Shown here piece by piece: positions 54,637 to 64,000 of a stretch of DNA of 64,000 bases. The position numbers and the translations under genes are program-made. The notes below the pieces were generated by a model. That model worked only from the letters and a program-made list of their open reading frames with translations. It was not told where the DNA came from and made no database searches. The stretch is from positions 69,750,001 to 69,814,000 of the forward strand of contig OX597821.1 of NCBI GenBank assembly GCA_951406725.2, written 5' to 3'. This stretch comes from Octopus vulgaris. Its lineage: Eukaryota. Each line of letters starts with the position of its first letter. The first letter of the stretch is position 1.

Positions 54637-55484
54637 TTACATACATACACATATAGTGGGAGAGAGGGAGAGTTTGAGAAGAAGCGACAACCGTTTAGTG
54701 AAGTGACAAAGATTACCAGTTGTTCACAGATTTGGATGACTCACGTGACGGCAATTGAAAGTGAGTGTCATGTGATTAGAGAGAGAGTGATAAAAAAGAT
54801 TATTATTATTCGAAGCAGACTCTTGGATAATTGTCGGAGCGTTAACAATCCTTATCCAAATAATATTCACAGTGAATAAGACCAGTAACAATATTTGATA
54901 TTGTTAACAATGCAGGGGGAAAAAGCATCTTCTAAACGTTCTGCTGTCACTAACATTACACACGCGATATTGTCATTACGAAATACTATCAAGTTTTTCC
55001 CTTCTTAACTATTCTTTTCCGTCACTTCTTTTTCTCTCCCCTTCTCTCTCTCTCTCTCTCTCTATCATTCCTTCCTTCTTTTTGTTATTTATTTGCTATC
55101 GTCTTCATATTTTATATTTTTAATTATATTTATTCATTCTTTCATTTTTCGTTACCGTTTCTTTTGTTTGTCTTTATTTTTCTTTTTATTCTATAATTTA
55201 TGCTTTTCTTTTTTTGCCATTTTAAATTTTTAACACACACACACACACACACACACGCATACACACACACAAAATCACAGACATATATATGATACAAATT
55301 TACAGAAAACAAAAGATGAAGACAAGTTTAGGAGCAACAAACTGGTGTATTAGTTTAACGCCCGGGAAAACTGGAAAGATATATATATCATTAATTAAAT
55401 ATATTCTGTTAGAATATTATACAGTGAATTTATAATGAGTGCTGTTTGTATAAAATATCAAAAATACTATTTTAGACTTATATG

Positions 55485-55543
<59 letters not shown>

Positions 55544-55594
55544 TCGTAAGGATTTTCTTTTTGCTATTGAATTTCATGCTATTATTTCAAAATA

Positions 55595-55636
<42 letters not shown>

Positions 55637-55860
55637 ATGTGTGTGTGTGTGTGTGTATGTATGTATATATTTAGTGAGAGAGAGAGAGAGAGAGAGTAGA
55701 GAAAAAGAGAGAAAAATAGATGAATAGATACATATGTACTTATATATATACAAATACATATACTTACGTATACACATATACGCACACACACATGTGTATG
55801 TGAATAAATATCTATCTATAAATATATATCTATATATTAATATATATATGTACATATGTA

Positions 55861-55895
<35 letters not shown>

Positions 55896-56062
55896 AAAGT
55901 ATAGAAGCCATCTTATCATGGCTAACCACATTGGAGAGGGGGTGTTACTATAGCTTTATAGCCCCAAGAGATCTTCGTCTCTAGCTGGCTCTAGACACAA
56001 TATCTGTGTCCTTGGAGTATTTGCCAAGGGAGGCCATCCCTTCCTCGCAAGCCTGAGTGATA

Positions 56063-56106
56063 CGCTCGAACTAGTTTCGGGATTGTTGTCCCTCGTCAAC
56101 GGGCGG
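56063..56106 (-). ncRNA. Minimal hammerhead motif (U3 variant)
   Basis: Minus strand: ccgcccg-TTGACGA-GGGA caacaa TCCC-GAAAC-TA-GTT-cgagcg. Confidence 0.7.
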
Positions 56107-56399
56107 TAACCACCAGGTAGCGATGAAAGTGAAGGCTCCTTTGCAAATAGATATAAGTTTTTCTAATGGCGTCTGCCACTGATGTCGAAAAACGAACAGT
56201 AAGCATAATTAAATCTCAGAATGAGATTGAAACAGTAATCGCTCGATAATGTAAAGTATAGAAGCCATCTTATCATGGCTAACCACATTGGGGAGGGGGT
56301 GTTACTGTAGCTTTATAGCCCCAAGAGATCTTCGTCTCTAGCTGGCTCTAGACACAATATCTGTGTCCTTGGAGTATTTGCATCGCTACCTTGTGGTTA

Positions 56400-56444
56400 C
56401 CGCCCGTTGACGAGGGACAACAATCCCGAAACTAGTTCGAGCGG
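56400..56444 (+). ncRNA. Inverted copy of the same hammerhead motif
   Basis: TTGACGA 56407-56413; stem II GGGA/TCCC; GAAA 56428-56431; stem III palindrome AACTAGTT; stem I ccgcccg/cgagcgg. Confidence 0.7.
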
Positions 56445-56657
56445 ATCACTCAGGCTTGCGAGGAAGGGATGAATAGATGAATAGATACATATGTACTTAT
56501 ATATATACAAATACATATACTTACGTATACACATATACGCACATACACATGTGTATGTGAATAAATATCTATCTATAAGCCTCTCTATATATTAATATAT
56601 ATATGTACATATGTAATTTATTATACATAAATGTATGTATGTATATATCTATATCTA

Positions 56658-56777
<120 letters not shown>

Positions 56778-57184
56778 TGTATGTGTAATATGTATGTATG
56801 TATGTATATATGTATGTATATATGTATATATACCTACATATAATTCATAAGGTATATGAGTACCCGAATGGCATATTCTTTAAACGTATGCTTTTTAAAT
56901 GTCTTGATTCTTCGCCTACTGTTGTTTTTCTGTTTTTTTCTTTTTGGTGCTTTCTGATGGTTGTATATTAAGGATTTAGCTCCTAATTCTAAACAGGTTG
57001 ATGCTGTTTCCGCCTCCTTGTGTTTCATGGTAACTTTAAATTTTATATCTATTTAATACTAGTAGACCTGCCCAACCGCCTGTGTTACTATTGTTAATAT
57101 CACAATTCTAAGATATTTACCGTAGATGATATTCAAAGCAGTGACATCTTATTTTTAAGCGTAAATGCTTGAATGTTTTTTGCT

Positions 57185-57219
<35 letters not shown>

Positions 57220-57261
57220 GAATACATGCTCAGTTACCATTAACAGAAATATATGTATGCA

Positions 57262-57316
<55 letters not shown>

Positions 57317-57811
57317 CAATACTGGGAGGAAGAGAAGTGGAACGAAGCGACGAATCGGATCGACCCCGACGCGAATGCGCTGTCAGACAATAATGTAATA
57401 AATAAAATATATGCATACATACAAACATATATGTACGTACCTACATCTACATGTATATATACATGCATATATAAATATATATACGTGAGTACAGGACACC
57501 GCAACTAGACGTAGAACTCAACGAAAAACGAAAACGGACAAGCCATTTTTTATATGTATGTATATATATATATATATATATATATACGTATACACACACA
57601 CACATATATATGTATGTATATATATATATATGTATATATATGTATATATGTATGTATATATGTGTGTGCATGCATGCATGCATGTATGTACCTGTAAGTT
57701 CGCGTTTGCGCGCACGTGTTTGTGTGGAGGTAATAATAATGATAAAAATAATTTTATTACTATTCTAATAATATTATTCTACCATCGTTATTATGATAGC
57801 ATTATTATTAC

Positions 57812-58515
<704 letters not shown>

Positions 58516-58528
58516 ATAGTAGTATTCA

Positions 58529-60000
58529 GTAGTCTTATTTTTATCACGTACTTTCACTGCATTACAATACTCTGTGTGCCTTGAGTATGTGCTTTGGTTT
58601 GTTATGATGCTCTTATTTTTAATGTATAAAAGTGTTTTACGCAGGATGTGTGCGGTGCCTAGGAGAGCTATTTTCTGTATATTATATACGCTTGTTAGTC
58701 TTGGTGTTTTTGTTGTATTTGTCACAATATTTTTTATCATACTTAATGAACCTAAGAATTGGTTCTGTTTTTAGAATCCACACTCGAGTCACCTCTATTT
58801 CCAGATCTTTATATTTTGAAAGTTTCTCCATTTCTTTTAGAGAAACATTGCCATCTGTTTGTATTGATACATCAATTAGAAAGCATTTTTTCTTGGTGAT
58901 CTCTGACAACTATATCTGGGCGGTTGGCCTTAATTTCTCTATCTGTGTGTATTGGCATATCCCAAAGTATGGTTGCTTTCTTGTTTTCTGTGACCTTTCC
59001 TGGTGTGTGCCTATACCATCTTTTTTCTGCTGCTATTCTATAGTGTTGGCACAGCTTCCAGTGTATGTAGGTCCCAACTCTGTCGTGTCTGTGAATGTAT
59101 TCCTTCTTAGCCAGGACTGGGCAGCCAGAGATAATATGCTTTATTGTTTCTTGTCCATCTCCACACATTCTGCAGTTACTTGTTATGTTTCTTTTCATTG
59201 CATGTTTTTGGTAATTCCTGTTGGGAAAGGCTTTGGTCTTTATGCTGCAATTAAAAATCCTTCAATCTCTGCTTTGAGTCCTGAGTTTCTCAGCCATTGT
59301 TGGGATTTTGCTTTCTCTATTTCTTTTGCGTTTAGCTTAACCCAGTATTTGCCATGAACGGGCTTTTCTTGCAACAGTTTCATCATCATCCGTTGCTGTT
59401 CAGTTTTGGTTTGGATTTCAGTTGTTTAACAGCTTTTGTTGTTTCTTCTTTGTCTTCATAGCAATTAGGTAGTATGACTTCTTTTTAGTAATTGTCAGCA
59501 TCCTTAAAGACTGAAAACATTTTTTTTGCTGTTCGTGTTTTGTGGCTATTTATATTAATTTTTCTTGCTTCTGATGTAGGTATTTTGTCGTCCTATTGTG
59601 GTTATTTTGTAATAGCTTTCTAGCTGTATAAGGCCGCTACTACCTTCTATACGTAGTATATATAACCTTTCTATGTCAGATTTTGGGTGGTGAATCCTAT
59701 ATCCTGTCATTATTTTGCTTGTTTTCCTATCTGTTTTGATTTAATTCATTTACTGTCCAGTTAAGGATATTGTAGCTTTAACTTATAATTGGGACGGCTT
59801 TTGCATTGACCTCTGTTTTTAATATTAATCTAACTCGTCTATGGTATTCCTTTCTTATCTTCTCTTTCATTTGTGTGTGTGTTGTATTGTATCTAGTTCA
59901 TTGATTCCTAAGTAATGTCTGGCTTTGGTCTAATTCCCTTATTTCAGTTGCTTTATCTAGTGTGATGTTGTCACTGTTAAATAGTTTTCCTCTATTATTA
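58529..60000 (-). mobile_element. 5'-truncated R4/Dong-like LINE
   Basis: MKEKIRKEY, CRMCGDGQETIKHIISGCP, HRHDRV, ILWDMPIHTD..NRPDIVV, EKLSKYKDL, ALLGTAHILRK. Same family as 17360-17750. Confidence 0.92.
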
Positions 60001-61579
60001 CTCGTTTAGCCGTGCACTAGCAATTTCCCGAGCTGTGATGGATGGTACTCTGGAATCAACGACAGCAACAGCCAAGTAGCAATATCTCAATTCACAAATA
60101 GCACCACATCGATTTCGTTTTCATTCCGATGTTCGTTCAAGGAACAGATCAATTCATAGTTTAACGTTTTCACTATTGTGAGGAGTGGGAAAGCTTTTTA
60201 TTCTTGATCTTTTTTTCCGGGAAGGAGGTAGACCTCATTCACCTGCTCTGCATCATTCCCTTTGAAGTTCTTTCTTCTTCTTCATTCACCACTGTCCTCG
60301 ATATTTTTCCACCTCAGTTCGTTGTTCATGTTATATTCAGTGTTTCAAGGTGATGATGGTGTAATGATAGCTGTGACCAGTCGCCGATTTCGTCCCTGAG
60401 GATAAGGTGAATGTTTTGACATCCTCGAAACTCTATCCGATTGTGCAACGGGTGCTGCTGTCGGAATGGTAGGCTCAGGAATCTACTCTTCTTCTCGTGG
60501 TTGATTCTCTTATTGCTTACCGATATTTTTTTTCTCTCAGCTATTCTTGTTTCTCAAAGCAGAAAGCCTTCCTATAGTTCTCACTGCTATACATGTAATA
60601 ACTGGGCTTCCTTCCTTACAACACTGGTGTGACTGCTTTTGTTTGTGTGCTTGCAAATGGACGTCATTGGGAATTGTATGTCCCTACTGGTCCATCCTGA
60701 TCATGTAAGTTTTCGAGTCTTCTCTCATAACTTTCCCATATTGCACCAGAAAGTAGCAACAAGTCAGGGATCATTGTTACTATTAATGCCTCTGATGCTA
60801 TCCTCGCATTGGGTTGGCACAAGCATTGTGATAAGAAGCAGGTGTTTGTTAAATGGGTTATTTCTGCTTCTTGTCTCATCCTTAGTCTTGACTACTTTGT
60901 AGTCATTTCCGTAAGATTCTCCCAAGTCTATGAGCTGTGCACTGCCCCGCACTTTGTCCAAGCTTTCTTCAGTTAAGTGTTTGAAGGTACACTTAAATCC
61001 GCCATCAGTTTCCATGATGCAGAGATCTGTTCGATTTCTCGTTGTTTGTTTTTTGTATATTCGTTAGGAAAGGAAGCTCAGACTTCTGTGACACACCTCT
61101 GCCACGTATTTTTTCCTGACTGCGTCCAGATATTTTTTTTGATAGGAAACGTTCGCAAAACTGTTTCGGGGTCCACTAATATATACGTTTGGCAAAATTT
61201 GTGAGTGTGGCTTATTGTAAGTTTTGTTGATATTATTCTCATTCTTTGCTTATTCACTACAAATGTTTGAATTAATATTGTCAAGGTTTCTTACTACAAA
61301 GTCCTTATTTTTTTCAAATGCATCTGTGTGTTCATCAAAATCTGACCCTGTCGCCCCTTCAAGCTGTATATTACTCTTTCCATCCTTCTTCATATACTTC
61401 AGATTATCCATTAGTATTTTCTAGGCGATTCCAACAACCCTGAATTTCATCATTTACTCGTATCCTTCTTCTCTTGGAGATCTCTCACCATCTTCAATCT
61501 CTGGACGCTTTACGTTCTTTACATAGAACGCTCAGCTTGGTCATATCCATCCATCCACCCATCCATCTTTTATACACAC

Positions 61580-62140
61580 AGACACGCGCATTGTTTGTTT
61601 TTGATTTTGTTGACTATAAGTATAGTAGAGTCAGTTGAGCACCGCCTGTGAGAAAAACAGCACAATTCACTCTGCAAGAAGTTTGGAACCAACATGCTGT
61701 ACTGCTTGGCATTCGCACCGAAAGCTCCAATACGAACAGATGGTGAACACGCAGAACTGTTGGCTTGCCTTGTCCCCAAAACATGTACCTAGAGTGATAA
61801 AAATTAAGCATCATGGCGTTTGGAGTGATCACTAGTGATGGTAACGTTATACCTCTATTCATTTTCCCACACGGTCTCAGACTCAACACGGAGGCCTACA
61901 TCAAGTGCAGCCCTGGGCCAAGAGGGTGGTTGCTAGAAGACTATATTTCTGGCAACAGGACTCTGCACCATGCCATACAACAAGGAAAATCCAGTCATGG
62001 CTGTCAGAAACTACTGCGAACATATGGCCCCTAACATCTGGCGACCTAACTCCCTAGACTGTAACCATTTTGATTATTATATGTTGGGCGCGGTTGATCG
62101 ACAAAGCAACAAAACTCTTTGTAACACCAAAGATGAACTG
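61580..62140 (+). mobile_element. Second maT/DD37D-like remnant
   Basis: MAFGVITSDGNVIPLFIFPHGLRLNTEAYIKC, WQQDSAPCH, IWRPNSLDCNHFDY; homologous to 15340-15866. Confidence 0.78.
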
Positions 62141-62510
62141 CATATATATATATATATACTGCGAACTTCCAAACAGTTAAGCGAACTTCTTGATCAACCA
62201 GCAATCGTTGTGTAAGAGCTTTAGCGACCTCACTACATCGAAATATCTCAAACCAGGAATAGAAAACGTGTTCGGGTGGTCTTTCGTACCAGGACTATAA
62301 TCTTATGTAGCCATGTATGAGTAATAATACTAAAATAATGGTGAAAAGCGATATACTATCTTGTGGGGATTTTGTACATTGCTTTGAAGCGTTCATTTGA
62401 ACGTAACCATAGTTACAAAAGGTCACTGCAACGACGCCTTGACTTCAGATCCTAATAAATTTTGTCAGACCGTTTAAACATAACATAAATACATATATCT
62501 GCACACACAA

Positions 62511-62564
<54 letters not shown>

Positions 62565-63869
62565 ATACACACACACAAATTCATACATATCGATATGCAT
62601 TTACATGTACACACACACACACACACACGCACACGCACACATATATATACACATATACACACGCCTTGAATATTTGCATGTATATACGTATATACATGTG
62701 CTTGTATATATATATATATACATATGTATGTATATATATATTTGGAATACATACATACACCCACACGCGCGCACACACACGCAAATATACATATATATAT
62801 ATTTAACAATATATATGTGTATGTAAATATATATATGTATATACATGTATGTATATATATATACATATATATACATACACACATACGTATGTGCATATAA
62901 AACTTCGCATATTGACACTTATGTATCTACGTGAGTATGTAATCCAAAGTATAATTGCTTATATGTTGAAATATATGAGATTATGTATGTGTGTGGATAC
63001 ATGTATGTATGTTAGATTGAGCATGTGCCTTTATGCATTCATAAGTGTATGAGTGTGTGTGCACGCACTCGTATATCTGTGTGTATCTGTATGTGTACGC
63101 GTGTGTGATTTTATGAATATATTCTTATAGATTTGAACAAGTAACAGTTTAATTCCATCTGTCGAAGATATTGTATTGGAAAGTTACATTGGAAAAGTAA
63201 AGAGAAAGATTTCATAGCCTATAGCAATGTTGCCAGAGTGTTCCACTGGCGAAGTATTATTATGGAGGGCTTCGATTGTTTATATAGGTCTTTTCATCAA
63301 TTCTGTTTGCTTAAAGAGACACTGCAAGATGGTGGACGGAAGTGAACTAACTAATCTACGCACTTAAAGGTACAACTTGGCTTCTCGTTGACATCGCCTA
63401 CTCACGTGACCTGCTGTGCAAACACACAAGAGTAAAAGGCTTTGTCTCGTCTTCTCAACATCTCCCTCGCCACTTTTACTCTATCATGGTCGACGCATAG
63501 TTTGCATAAATAAAGACAAAAGAACATAAATAATATCAATAAATACATAAATAGACAAACACATAAATAACGTCTATTTTCTACTCCCCCACCTCGTTCT
63601 TTCTTTAACTGGCTTTTCTTGTTTGTTCCTATACCCATTCTCTGTTCTCTCTCTCTCTCTCATTCTCTCTCTCTCTAACTAGGAAAAGATTTTATGCGAA
63701 CCAGCCACATATTCCCTCACTCCATATTTTCTACTTCTATTTGTATACAATTTGTTTATCAAATTTTGACGTTTCTTAGAGTTTAAGGAGCAATAATTTC
63801 TTTTTTCTTTTACATATATTTATATCCCTCTCCCTTCTTTGTGTTTGAGTTCGCGCGCGGGTATGACTC

Positions 63870-63936
<67 letters not shown>

Positions 63937-64000
63937 TGTGAGAGTTTCTTTGTTTTATCGTCTGTTGCAATCAATTTTAATGTGAACATCTGTGTTAGCC

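Larger units (their letters stand above)
55893..56471 (-). mobile_element. Retrozyme-like element (family C): 357-bp unit, ~1.37 tandem copies, plus a 91-bp inverted hammerhead segment
   Basis: 55893-56024 repeats at 56250-56381. 56381-56471 is the reverse complement of 56035-56125. (TA)n at the left end. Confidence 0.9.

Overview
Eukaryotic, AT-rich, gene-free window saturated with repeats. The microsatellite load and SINE repertoire look like a coleoid cephalopod (Octopus-like) genome; this is an inference. No host protein-coding exon is recognisable: nearly every ORF in the track is a simple-repeat artefact or decayed transposon sequence. Recognisable content: many decayed RLE-type (R4/Dong-like) LINEs stacked in (TAA)n tracts; L1/Tx1-, CR1- and RTE-like fragments; three families of tRNA-headed SINEs; two full-length mariners (one nearly intact and nested in a Helitron); a fold-back mariner derivative; maT-type remnants; and an 800-bp palindromic MITE carrying TTAGGG repeats. 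The most notable layer is a set of short non-coding elements next to (TA)n/(CA)n/(TAA)n tracts. They carry minimal type I hammerhead ribozyme motifs with palindromic stem III, at about 7.0, 9.0, 12.6, 17.9, 27.0, 38.9 and 56.1/56.4 kb, with degenerate ones at 37.2 and 42.1 kb. Several show ~340-440-nt circularly permuted partial-tandem units with an inverted terminal segment. This fits retrozyme/Penelope-mobilised, possibly circular-RNA-derived elements. Coordinates were read by eye and the boundaries of decayed elements are approximate.
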